Assembly (NCBI RefSeq): GCF_030028105.1
Contig: NC_092381.1
Coordinates: 71,450,505 to 71,514,504, forward strand
Origin: Mobula birostris
Taxonomy: Eukaryota
DNA length: 64,000 nt
Reading direction: 5' to 3'
A program made the position numbers and the translations under genes. Below are positions 12,060 through 24,603 of the stretch, one piece after another. The notes beneath the pieces are model-generated. The model was not told where the DNA came from. It made no database searches and was given only the letters and a program-made list of their open reading frames with translations. Each line of letters begins with the position of its first letter. Position 1 is the first letter of the stretch.

Positions 12060-13189
12060 ACTGTACCCACTCCTTGTGAAATGCATGGGTTTCCTCTCAC
12101 AGTACAAAGGCATACCGCGTAGTTTAATTGTCTGTGATTAGTTAGGGATAATCAGGTTTGTCGGGGGTTGATGGGACATCATGGCCCAAAGGGCCAGAAT
12201 GGCCTACTCCGTGCTGCATCGCTAAATAAACAAAACTAATAAAAATACATTTCTCAACAAAGGCGCCTTGGCCTAGTTTTTTTACTTGTTTTTTTTTAAA
12301 TACCCAGGTCATTTCGTTAATTAAAAATCTCAATGTGTTATTCCAATTTTAAAAAACAAGAAAATTATTGTTTCCAAATGTAAAACAAAATGTGAATAAG
12401 GCTTATGGTAAAAGAGCAGTTCATAATTGTTTTCTTACACCAAGAACCAGCTAGGTCAGGCAGAAAGACACAACCTTTAATTATCTACTTAGAACTACAA
12501 AACTTGGACAGAGCAACCATTAAAATATTTATTGAGGTATGTACAGGCCCCTCTTACTGCAGCACATTTCCCATTCTGCTGATCCGTGGCACTGCTGACA
12601 ACCAGCCCATCAAAGAACTACCCCCAAGCCCCTCTGAATGCTCTACACCCTCTCCATTGGTATGGAACGTTGCAGTAGCATCAACTCAGACCACTGAACC
12701 AGAACCAACCATCACTTATCACACCCTTCACAAGTCCCACCCCTGTGTTCACCTAACTTTCACGTTCCCATGGCTGTGCTCCCTTAGTATATTGCATTCT
12801 ATTCGCATAGTAGTAAGCTAAGCTAATTCTGTTATGTTTAATGCCACATTAGTGGTGAGACAATGAACAATCACAAAGATTAACCCTTTATAGTACAAAA
12901 ATATGAATTGGTGAAAAACAATTGAAATAATGTTAAAGTTGGAAATAAAACACAATTAAAAGTCTTTTAATGGAGCAAAAACTGGATGAAGTATTCCATT
13001 GTATGTGGGTTTGTGTTTTTTTTCATCTATGCTTGCATTTGTGCGATTTTTTTTATTTAATCCAAGGTATGGTTTCTGAGATGTTAAATACTTCTTTTGA
13101 CTCTTACTGAAAATCTTAAACATGTTTTGTAGTAATACTTCAAGTACGATTTGAGTGAACATTAATGATTGTTTTAATTCTCTAAACAG

Positions 13190-13331
13190 AGAGTTGTGGT
13201 GATTGAAGATATTAAAAGATTGAAATCCATTCTGGAACTCCCTAATCAAACAAAGGAGAACTTAATTGAAGCATTGCTGGAACTAAAGAAGAAAATACCC
13301 TCTCAGGAAGTTCTCATCTCAACAAAAATAG
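13190..13331 (+). CDS. TCEANC2: TCEANC2 coding exon 2
   Basis: cag|[48 protein letters not shown]|gtaaag, phase 0 to 1. Confidence 0.95.
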
Positions 13332-14005
13332 GTAAAGATTGTACTGTATGGTTATTTGCAAGATGGTGCCACAAACTGACTAGAGGATGGAAACTTTTTA
13401 ATTGACAAAAACAGAGTTGTTTTCAGGTGTGGTCTCCAGGCACATTGCACAAATAATTTAATATTATCCCCTCATAGCTCTACCCATTAATCAAAGTCTG
13501 ATCAAACCACCAATACTGCATTAAGGAACTACCAGGCTGAAAATAACATTTGCAACTTGGTGCATATATTTGATAACACCAAGCTGAAAAGGTTGACTTC
13601 TCTTGAGTGAAAATTGTAAGGTTCAGGCAAAGTGGAAGGGAGTAAAGAGTGGCTAGCTGTGGTCTTTATTGAATGCAGGCAAAGAGGTGAAAATGGATGT
13701 ATTTGAGTGCCTAGGTTTGAACCACAGTTTGAAATCTGGGCATGCTTTGAAAAGATTTAATGTTGCCAGAAAAAACTTAAAAATTGTGAAATTCATGTAC
13801 AAACAAAAATCATTTGGGGAGTCTTCCTTGCATTGCCTAGGGTGTGAAACATATACCGGCAGGTTCCCAGTGTGAACTTGTCTGTGAACCAGAGCAGTGC
13901 TGAATTTTTACTGTATTTAACCACTAACTATATCATGCATAGAAATGCTTATACTATAAATCAGTTCTCTTTCTGCTTTTAAAAGAAGTTTATACCATGC
14001 ATCTC

Positions 14006-14217
14006 AAACACGAGAAAATATGCAGATGCTAGAAATCCAAAGCAACACACACAAAATGCTGGAGGAACTCAGCAGGTCAGGCAGCATCTATGGAAAAGAG
14101 TAAACAGTTGAAATTTCAGGTTGAAATCCTTCATCTCAGCCAAAATGTCAGCTGTTTATTCTTTTCTGTAGATGCTACCCGTCCTGCTGAGTTCCTCCAG
14201 CATTTTGTGTGCGCTGC
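14006..14217. mobile_element. Palindromic Penelope-terminal-repeat mini-element
   Basis: cacacaaaatgctggaggaactcagcagg... is paired with its inverted copy ...cctgctgagttcctccagcattttgtgtg. Confidence 0.8.
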
Positions 14218-14490
14218 TGTCCTTAGTATCTTTTCAGTTAAATTCAAGTAAGTTTAAGGGGTTTTTAAAGTTGAAGCCTAGAGAACTACTTTTGTAGTTT
14301 TAGTTGTGAATTGTTGGACAAAATAAAAACATGCTTCTGCCTTAAAAATGTGGTTCGATGTGCTGGATAAAGTTGTGTGACAGAGATTGCCTTCCACAAG
14401 TAGTAGTATGTTTTTTTAAATTTAGTCTGCGATTGCACAAATCATTCTTATTGTATTCTGCTTTCAGACAAATATTCTTCCTATTTCTAG

Positions 14491-14684
14491 GACACACTGT
14501 AAATAGGATGCGGAAAAACTCAGACCCTGAAGTTGCTGAGCTTGCTAAAGTCATTTTTAAAACCTGGAGAGATTTTATAAAAGAAAATAAAAATAAGCCA
14601 TCCATCGAGGTGCGATGTGATTCTAAGACTGAGAGTCTCAGGAGTAATGCTCGAAAAATGTTCACTGAAGTCTTGGAACTGGAG
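14491..14684 (+). CDS. TCEANC2: TCEANC2 coding exon 3
   Basis: tag|(G)HTVNRMRKNSDPEVAELAK...KPSIEVRCDSKTESLRSNARKMFTEVLELE|gtattt, phase 1 to 0. TFIIS N-terminal-like region. Confidence 0.95.
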
Positions 14685-15237
14685 GTATTTTTTTTTAATG
14701 CTGATTTAAGTTTTTGATTTTAAAACTTATTTTCAAACAGAAACTGTATTGCAGCCTCCTGTCCATTATCTTAAAGGCAATCATGATGTGTAAGACTAAT
14801 TCACTTATCCTTTTTAACACCTTTATTAAGAACTACCTTCAATGTGGATTGGCTTAAGGGAACACTCATAATTGGCAAGATTGTCTTCACCTTTCGGGCC
14901 AGATCCACGATATTATTAAAATAGAGAAGGTTCTTTCCAAACACTTGCCATAACTGGTAAGATGATCAGAGGTATTAAGTATATCCAGCTCCTCAACTCA
15001 GTACACTGAGCTCCACTTCTGGGCTCGTTGCTGGTCTGTCACTATAGCAGGAGGTTCCACACTTTCATTCCATATGCATGGTAGTTGGAAACACTAATTC
15101 ACACAACGCTGTCAGCTAGCAGTTTTCTCTGGAACTGGAGGCTAAAGAGAGGCATAATCTAGGTCATTAGCTCGTATAAACTGAGTATATTGTTACTATC
15201 TGTAATAATTAATGTATTTTTTATGTATTTGTTATAG

Positions 15238-15429
15238 AAGGAACATCCGCTGATTGAAAACTTAGAACGAGAGGTTTTTCACCAGTGTTCCCGTTTGATC
15301 AACATTTCATATCGGAGGACAATACGAGCTCTAATCTTTACTTTAAAACACAAACCAGAAATCCGAGAGCAGGTTAAAACCTACAAGTTCCCAGTGAAGC
15401 AGCTTGTTGAAAATCACAAGAAATGTTGA
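15238..15429 (+). CDS. TCEANC2: TCEANC2 coding exon 4 (terminal)
   Basis: tag|[47 protein letters not shown]...ENHKKC* matches the human C-terminus. Not present in the ORF track. Confidence 0.93.
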   Translation, partial: KEHPLIENLEREVFHQCSRLINISYRRTIRALIFTLKHKPEIREQVKTYKFPVKQLVENHKKC

Positions 15430-15641
15430 CTTTTTATTAAAGAAATTTATGTATATACATGAATTGTGAACTTCCAGAAGTACTTTGCCTTTTTAAACTG
15501 TCACCTAATTTTTCTTTGGATGCAATGGCAGAGTGAAGTGTATAAACACTGTTATTTAATACCTGGATTTGTACCAAGATGCCAGAGCATTCTTTTGATC
15601 TGATTTATGACTATTGGGAAAGTGACATTGCATTGATGATA

Positions 15642-16197
15642 CAGTTGAGTATTTGAAAATCCAAAATGCGAAAACCTCTGAAATCCAAAATTTTTTTGAG
15701 TGTTGACAAGTTAATGAAAAATACTCCATAAAGTGGAAAATGAAGATCTGAAACGTGTATTTATAGAGTGGATTCATCGGCACCAGAAAGAACATAATAG
15801 TATGCTGATCATGAAACAAGCAAAGATCTATCATGAGGAACTGAAAATTGAGGATAATTTAATATTCAGCAGACTGGGTTGCAGGAATTTAAGAAAAGGC
15901 ATAGCATTATATATTTAAAGATTTGTGGTGATAAAGTGTCTGCTGATCATGAAGCAGCAGAGAAATTCATTGATGAGTTTGCCAAGATTGTCGCCGATAA
16001 AAATCTAAAATGCTCAATGGCTGCATCTGTATTTATGTGTGATGAACAAGTGTAAGGCAAAAACTGCTTACTGGTAGCACATAATTCAGAATCAGAAATG
16101 ATATTGGTGTCATGCTATCTCGTTACATATTCCAAAATACAGAAAAATCCTAAACCCTTGCAGCTCCAAGCATTTCGGACAAGGGGTATGCAACCTG
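15642..16197 (+). mobile_element. Internally deleted Tigger4/Zombi-like pogo transposon
   Basis: TA-flanked ends ta|cagttgagtat...atgcaacctg|ta. CENP-B HTH fragment NEDLKRVFIEWI..MLIMKQAKIYHEELKIE..LKICGDKVSADHEAAEKFIDEFAK. Confidence 0.85.
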
Positions 16198-16531
16198 TAC
16201 TGTGTGTGTTTGATATTAAATGCATTTCAATTTAGTCGATTAGCAAAGAACAAAAATATTAATGTATCGAAAAATCCTGTTTAAGAATTGGGCAAAACAT
16301 AATTAATACACAGTATAATTGAATAGCATTGCCTGGATAAAATATCTCAAATGGTTAATAATAATGTAACATTTAGCTTCTCCTATGAGAAGCTATTGGA
16401 GCTGGTGATAATTAGTTGGGTAGAATAAACTATTTGTACAAATCATCATGTTTTTCTCTATCAAGGTAGTTTGATCCATTTAACTTCGTTCTGTTCCGTC
16501 TTATAATAAGGGACACATAGCATGTATAAGA

Positions 16532-17374
16532 CGTGACAAGAATACACATAGATGTAGCTGTCCTGTGCTGGCACCAGTGGGATCAGCAGTTGGTCTGCCA
16601 CCTGTCTTGAGAGAGAGATAAGGAAAACAATGGAGCAGCATTTGGAGATGTTAATGAAGGGGAAGGAAGCTGTCAAGATCGGCTCCCCCTTTGAACCCTG
16701 AACTGTTTGAACTGATGGACAGGCGATACCCCAGCAGGGGGATAAAAAGGGACAGGTTCGCTAAGGCAGGACACACACACGACACCCGAGGTAACAAGAC
16801 CCTGGAAGCGATGCGTCTCTCACAAGTCGGTGGGAAGTACCGGGCCATAGACGCACAGGGTGGAAAGGCACGATCGGTGGGAACCTGGTGTGTGTCCACC
16901 CTTGCCTGGGTGCCAGGTTCACCGCAGGGAAACAATCGTATCTGGAAACGGAGGGGTCACGGTCAGTGACCTCAGATGACATCACAAAGGACTCGCCCGA
17001 AAGCTGACTGCGAAGGTCTGTGTGGAAGCCTTGAATATTCATTCGTTTTGCTCTCTCTCTCCTTCCCCCCACACTGTCCATCTCCCACGGCAGCGATTAC
17101 AGCGAACTGAACTGAACTAATTTGAACTGAACTTTGCATCACTTTGAAACTGGTCATTTACCCCTAGACAACGATAGAGCTTGATTGATCCTGTTATCTT
17201 AATTCTGTGTACATGTATGTTTATCATTGCTGAACTGTTGCATTCATTATCCTTTTGATTAGAGTACTGTATTGCTTGTTTCCTTAATAAAACTTTCTTA
17301 GTTCTAGTAATCCAGACTCCAACTGAGTGATCCATTTCTGCTGGTTTGGCAACCCAGTTACGGGGTACGTAACA
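16532..17374 (+). mobile_element. Solo LTR (Gypsy-like)
   Basis: Termini (c)gtgac...gtaaca, TATA-like gataaaa at 16741, (actga)n tract, aataaa at 17286, possible agac TSD, no internal ORF. Confidence 0.65.
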
Positions 17375-18259
17375 GACAGCAGTAAAATGCAGTTACAAAA
17401 GAAATATAGTTCAAGTCCCTGAGTTCATGAATGTTGCAGCAGTCTGCAGTTGCATACAATACATACCACATGAACACTAGAGGCCAGCACAGACTCCAGC
17501 ATGTAGGCCACATCTCAACGTGTCCGGCCCTCCAGTGGAGCATGCCAACTCTGACACCTCTCTACTGGGTGGTTGCAAGCAGGTGATGCCACAGTTTAAG
17601 GCCCAGTTCTCACTATGGCACAAGCCACGCAATTCTCCCACTGTTCACCAATGAATCGGACTTGCAGTATTCCACATTAACAATGTCCAGCAGGGTCTTG
17701 CAATCACAAGAAAAGAGACTAAGACAACCTCTCGCATTGAGACTGCACACCACCTTTGTGTACCCACTCCAACATCTCTCTGACACAGGTAGCAATGTGA
17801 TCTGCACCAAGTCAAGCTCCATTGATTTCTTGCTAATGAGCAACTTGCTGATGGGGTAGACCTGCAGTACTTTAAGTTCTTAATGTCTAGCTGGGTCTTA
17901 TGATTGTAAAAAATACATTTAAAAAAGACAATACCAGCTTTGGCTAGCCCTGTAGAAGCCACTGTGTACGAGCATGCAGCCATCTTTCCAGAAGCATATC
18001 TTGCCTCCACTTTATCTATCTTGCTGCCAACTTCAGTGATCTCTAGATCTGTACACAAAGTCCATCCGTTCCACAGTATTCTCTAAGACTCCCGCCCCCC
18101 CCCAACTTGTGTGTCATTCCAAAATTCTAGCTGCTATTGTTTTGCCCATCTTAACAACTGATTAGTATCATCCTCTAGCCTATGACTATCTGCCACACTA
18201 TAAATAACACCAGTTTTAATGTCATCTGCAGACTTAGGATTCATGCCTCCTATAAAACA

Positions 18260-18460
18260 CAGTGAGAAGATTTGAGAAGTCATGTTACAGTTGTACAAAA
18301 CATTGTTTAGACAGTTCTGGTCACAACACTAAAGGAAGGATATGATTAAACTCAAGAGGATGCAGAAAAGATTCAGAAAGCAGTTACTTGGAATGGAGGG
18401 CTTGAGTTATAAGGAACAATTGGGTAGACTGGGACTGTTTTCCTTGGAGCAAAGGAAGCC
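18260..18460 (+). mobile_element. CR1 RT C-terminal fragment
   Basis: KDMIKLKRMQKRF..MEGLSYKEQLGRLGLFSLEQR. Confidence 0.7.
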
Positions 18461-19419
18461 GATGGATTTTGGTGTTTTAATCCAAGGTTCTTTTAGAAGT
18501 CAGGAAAGAGGCATAAGACTTGTTGCTTCACAATTAAAGGTTGATGGAACAACGGAAACAGGAGCAGAAGGCTTACAGACAAGAGACTAGGAAGATTAAG
18601 ATGGCACTACTTTGTGTTCAGCTACTTTATACCCACAGAAATAAGAAAAATTCCATTCTAATCTATAGTTAAAATTAACCAGTTAGAAAGCACTTAGTCA
18701 ATACTGTAGTAAAAATTAACCAATGAGAAAAACATTGATTCACTTCATGTAGTATGAAGAAGCTCCAGAATTATACTTTGTATAGCCACTAGAGGCACAT
18801 TACAATGTTATGCATACTATACCTACCAGGAATCACAGTAACCAGATACTTGTATATAAGTAATTCAAAGGTTCATTTATTGTCAAAGTATGTACCTATA
18901 TACAACTCTGAGATTCATCTTCTCCAGAGAGCCGCAAAACAAAGAAAATCATGAAACATCAAACCCACCTCCCTGCCCCCCCACACAATAAAGAACAACA
19001 TCCTGATCATCAACCCCCAAACCCACCTCCTGAACAAAACAGAATTATAGAATAAACACAGATCATCGTTGAACTGCAAAGAAAATGACAAATAGTTGGA
19101 TCCAACAATTCTTCCCCTCTCCATGTTTGATTCTAAATCACACACTTAGAATTTTTACAACTGAAAATTCAGAGGCAGAAAATCTTGTGGTATCTACATT
19201 ACGTATAAAATAACTCTGGACAAATTTTTCTGAAGTATTGCTTCCTCAAATGTTTGTTTTGATAGATTGTTTGAAGCTGAACAAATATAATTTCAGTCTA
19301 CTTGTATCATATAGGAATTTGGAGAAACAAGAAATTAACTTTTATTGAATATAATTAGTTTAATTGCATAACAGTGCTGATGCATTGCAATAGTCCAACT
19401 AAGTTAAAAATGTTTTGTT

Positions 19420-19960
19420 GATGATTTTGTTTACACTCAGTATCAGAGGCTTCTAGGTTAAGTGTTCCAACAATAATCAGCCAACATTGATGGATTCCAG
19501 TTGCCCTGATATCATTTCTCCATGAACACAATGTCCTGGTGAAACCTTTCACCATGCTCGTCACTGAAATGCAGAAAACTAATCTTTTGTGACATGTTGT
19601 ACTTCATGGTTTTCTATGCTGGAAGCATGTTGTCAACCAGCTGCGCATAGTTTGGTGCTCTGTAGTTGCCAAGAAAATTTTCAACAAAATCCTTGAATGC
19701 CTTTCATGTGATTTTCTCCGGTCCCACTGGAAGTTCTTCGAATTGCCAGTCATTGATGACTTCTGGACCAACAAAAATGCCTTTTCCTTAATCTTGGCAT
19801 CAATTATTCTGACGAATTATGAATTGAGATAACATGTAGGTGATTTCAAACAAAATGGTGCGTGATAGGGAAATTTCATGTTGGTTTCCATGATCTGCAT
19901 CCCAAAATCCATAAGGTACATCCAAAAGTATTCAGGAAGCAAAACCTTTGTTGTCTAGTA
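19420..19960 (-). mobile_element. Chapaev3-like (CMC) DNA transposon deletion derivative
   Basis: Minus-strand translation pieces AKIKE.GIFVGP, ENFLGNYRAPNY, SDEHGERFHQDI and YQGNWNPSMLADYCW. Confidence 0.7.
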
Positions 19961-20111
19961 TAATCAATATCAAAGGATATATATTCCTCAAAGTATTCAT
20001 AAAATTATGTAAATTATAAGATTAGGCAGATTAGTAGACATACCTGCACAAGTTTGAACTATTCTATTAATGATTGCTTTTAAACAAATAAAAAATGTAG
20101 ATTATGATGAG

Positions 20112-21880
20112 GCAGGCAAGGACATGGCAGACCAATTGAATAATTACTTTGGTTCTGTCTTCACTAAGGAGGACATAAATAATCTTCCGGAAATAGTAGG
20201 GGACAGAGGGTCCAGTGAGATGGAGGAACTGAGCGAAATACATGTTAGTAGGGAAGTGGTGTTAGGTAAATTGAAGGGATTGAAGGCAGATAAATCCCCA
20301 GGGCCAGATGGTCTGCATCCCAGAGTGCTTAAGGAAGTAGCCCAAGAAATAGTGGATGCATTAGTGATAATTTTTCAAAACTCGTTAGATTCTGGACTAG
20401 TTCCTGAGGATTGGAGGGTGGCTAATGTAACCCCACTTTTTAAAAAAGGAGGGAGAGAGAAACCAGGGAATTATAGACCGGTTAGCCTAACATCGGTGGT
20501 GGGGAAACTGCTGGAGTCAGTTATCAAGATGTGATAACAGCACATTTGGAAAGCAGTGAAATCATCGGACAAAGTCAGCATGGATTTGTGAAAGGAAAAT
20601 CATGTCTGACGAATCTCATAGAATTTTTTGAGGATGTAACTAGTAGAGTGGATAGGGGAGAGCCAGTGGATGTGGTATATTTGGATTTTCAAAAGGCTTT
20701 TGACAAGGTCCCACACAGGAGATTAGTGTGCAAACTTAAAGCACACGGTATTGGGGGTAAGGTATTGATGTGGATAGAGAATTGGTTAGCAGACAGGAAG
20801 CAAAGAGTGGGAATAAACGGGACCTTTTCAGAATGGCAGGCGGTGACTAGTGGGGTACCACAAGGCTCAGTGCTGGGACCCCAGTTGTTTACAATATATA
20901 TTAATGACTTAGATGAGGGAATTAAACATAGCATCTCCAAGTTTGCGGATAACACGAAGCTGGGTGGCAGTGTTAGCTGTGAGGAGGATGCTAAGAGGAT
21001 GCAGAGTGACTTGGATAGGTTGGGTGAGTGGGCAAATTCATGGCAGATGCAATTTAATGTGGATAAATGTGAAGTTATCCACTTTGGTGGCAAAAATAGG
21101 AAAACAGATTATTATCTGAATGGTGGCCGATTAGGAAAAGGGGAGGTGCAACGAGACCTGGGTGTCATTATACACCAGTCATTGAAAGTGGGCATGCAGG
21201 TACAGCAGGCAGTGAAAAAAGCAAATGGTATGCTGGCATTTATAGCGAGAGGATTCGAGTACAGGACCAGGGAGGTACTACTGCAGTTGTACAAGGCCTT
21301 GGTGAGACCACACCTGGAGTATTGTGTGCAGTTTTGGTCCCCTAATCTGAGGAAAGACATCCTTGCCATAGAGGGAGTACAAAGAAGGTTCACCAGATTG
21401 ATTCCTGGGATGGCAGGACTTCCATATGAAGAAAGACTGGATGAACTGGGCTTGTACTCATTGGAATTTAGAAGATTGAGGGGGGATCTGATTGAAACGT
21501 ATGAAATCCTAAAGGGATTGGACAGGCTAGATGCAGGAAGATTGCTCCCGATGTTGGGGAAGTCCAGAACGAGGGGTCACAGTTTGAGGATAAAGGGGAA
21601 GCCTTTTAGGACCGAGATTAGGAAAAACTTCTTCACACAGAGAGTGGTGAATCTGTGGAATTCTCTGCCACAGGAAACAGTTGAGGCCAGTTCATTGGCT
21701 ATATTTAAGAGGGAGTTAGATATGGCCCTTGTGGCTACGGGGATCAGGGGGTATGGAGGGAAGGCTGGGGCAGTGTTCTGAGTTGGATGATCAGCCATGA
21801 TCATAATAAATGGCGGTGCAGGCTCGAAGGGCCGAATGGCCTACTCCTGCACCTATTTTCTATGTTTCTATGTTTCTATG
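20112..21880 (+). mobile_element. Young 5'-truncated CR1 LINE (RT domain plus 3'UTR)
   Basis: ORFs 20070-20534 and 20531-21781 form CR1 ORF2 with one frameshift (YLDFQKAFDKVPH, GVPQGSVLGP, KFADNTKL). (ctatgttt)n tail. Confidence 0.97.
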
Positions 21881-24293
21881 AATAATATGACTTATAATGT
21901 TGAGTCACCCCAGGTGGAGACCTGAATGGATCCAGTCAAAGAAATTCCATCGATCAGATGGATCCTTGTTGCTTCTTTACGGATATGATCAGCCAAATTA
22001 GTTATGTTTTCAGACTCTACAGGTATGTGACTCTTCAGAGCTTTACCAAGAGGTATTTCTCGCAGGTTGGCAGCGGTTATTTAAGAAGGGAACTTCGAGG
22101 GCATTTGTCCATTGTACATGGCCTATCAGTGGCGTCAACAGAGCTCTACGGATTAAATAAAAGTACAGAAAGGATAAGCGGAGTGGTCATTGTCGGGAGT
22201 GGCAAGAGTAGAAACAACAGGCTTTGGCTCAAAGGAGGCTTCGGCTAGGAAGAGGTGTCGACTCTGTAAAGTGTCTGTTAATGTTTCCTTTTTGTTTTTT
22301 TTCCCTCTCTCTTACCGTACCATTTAAATGGCTGTGGTGTGTTGTTCGTGCCAGATGTTGCAGAACTGGGAGACCCAGAGTCTCCTGGGAAACTACATCT
22401 GCGTGAAGTGCGTCCGGCTGCAGCTCCTTGAAGACCGTGTTAGGGATCTGGAGCAGCAACTGGATGACCTTCGGCTTGTATGGGAGAGCGAGGAGATAAT
22501 TGATCAGAGTTACAGGGACGTAGTCACCCCAAGGTTGCAGAAGGTGAGTAGCTGGGTGACTGCAAGGGGAAATGGAAATAGACAGTTAGAGCAGAGCACC
22601 CCTGTGGCCATTCCCCTGAAAAATAAATATACCTCTTTGGATAATTTTTTGGGGGATAACCTCCCAGGAGAATGCCATGGCAACTGGGTTACAGGCACTG
22701 ACGAAAGAGAGAGAAGAAGGGAGCGGTAGTGATAGGGGACTTGATAGTGCAAGGAACAGAGAGGAGGTTCTGCAGACATGAACAGGACATCCAGATAGTA
22801 TGTTGCCTCCCAGGAGCCAGGGTCTGAGATTGCTCAGATCATGTCCACAACATTTTGGAGGGGGAGGGGGAGCAGTCAGATGTCTTGGTACATATTGGTA
22901 CTAATGACATAGGAAGGAAAAGCAATGAGGTCCTGAAAGGAGAATTTAGAGAGCTAGTTAGAAAGCTGAGAAGCAGGACCTCCTGGGTAGTAATTTCTGG
23001 ATTACTGCCTGTGCTACGCACCAGTGAGGGTAGAAACAGGATGATTTGGCAGATAAATGAGTGACTGAGAGCTGGTGCAGGGGGCAGGGCTTCAGGATCT
23101 TGGATAATTGGGATCTCTTTGGGGGTGGTATGACCTAACATAGAAATATAGAAAACCTACAACACAATACAGGCCCTTCAGCCCACAAAGCTGTGCCGAA
23201 CATGTCCTTACCTTAGAAGTTACCTAGGGTTACCCATAGCCCTCTATTTTTCTAAGCTCTATGTACCTATCAAAAAGTGTTCAAAACACCTGTTCAAGAG
23301 TGACGGGTTGCACCTGAACCGGAGGGGGACCAATATTCTCATGGGCGTGTTTGTTTGAGCTGTTGGGGAGGGTTTAAACTAACTTGGCAGGGGGGTGGGA
23401 ACCAGAGTGAAGGGACTCAGAATAGGACGGATGGTATAAAAGTAAAGATAGTGTGCAGTCAGACTATCAGGAAGGGCAGGCAGGTGATGGGACTTAGTTG
23501 CAGCCAACAGGCTGAGTATCAAATCATTAAAGATGAAAAATCAGAAAGGATAGCAAATAGGGTACTCAAGGTGTTGCATCTAAATGTGTGTAGTATTAGA
23601 ATTAAGGTGGATGATCTTAATGCAATATTACAGATTGCCAGGCATGATGTTGTGGCCATCACTGAATCGTGGCTGAAGAATGGTTGTAGTTGGGAGCCGA
23701 ATGTCCAAGGTTACACGTTCCATCGGAGGAATAGGAAGGTAGGTAGAGGGGGTGGTGTGGCTCTACTAGTAAAGGATGGCATCAGATCAGTAGAAAGATG
23801 AGACATAGGATCGGAAGATGTTGAATCCTTGTGGGTTGAGTTAAGAAACTGCAAGGGTAAAAGGACCCTGCTGGCAGTTACTGTATATACAGGCCTTCTA
23901 ACAGTGGCCGGGAGGTTGCAACAGGAAATAGAAAAGGTGAGTCAAAAGGGCAATGATATGGTAGTCATGGGAGTCTTTAACACGCAGGTCGATTGGGAAA
24001 ATCAGGTTGGTAATGAATCCCAAGGGAGTGAACTTGTTGAAGACCTACAAGATGGCTTTTTAGAGCAGTTTGTCATTGTGCCTACTAGGAGATCAGCTAT
24101 ACTGGATTGGGTGTTATGTAATGAACTAGAGGCGATTTGGGAGCTTAAGGTAAATGAACCCTTAGGAGAAACTGATCACAATATGATTGACACGGAAACA
24201 CGAGGAATTCTGCAGATGCTGGAAATTCAAGCAACACACATCAAAGTTGCTGGTGAACGCAGCAGGCCAGGCAGCATCTCTAGGAAGAGGTAC

Positions 24294-24329
24294 AGTCGAC
24301 ATTTCGGGCCGAGACCCTTCGTCAGGACT
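24294..24329 (-). ncRNA. Minimal type I hammerhead ribozyme motif in the Penelope terminal repeat
   Basis: Minus strand reads agtc CTGACGA a ggg tctcgg ccc GAAA tg TC gact: conserved core boxes, stem I agtc/gact, stem II, GUC site. Confidence 0.7.
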
Positions 24330-24552
24330 AACTGAAGGAAGAACTAGTAAGAGATTTGAAAGTGGGAGGGGGAGGGGGAGATCCAAAATGATAGGAGAAG
24401 ACAGGAGGGGGAGGGATGGAGCCAAGAGCTGGACAGGTGATTGGCAAAAGGGATATGAGAGGATCATGGGACAGGAGGCCCAGGGAGAAGTAAAAGTGGG
24501 GGGGAACCCAGAGGATGGGCAAGTGGTATAGTCAGAGGGACAGAGGGAGAAA

Positions 24553-24555
<3 letters not shown>

Positions 24556-24599
<44 letters not shown>
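24556..24599. repeat. (GA)n microsatellite inside the Penelope element
   Basis: Direct reading of the sequence. Confidence 0.95.
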
Positions 24600-24603
<4 letters not shown>

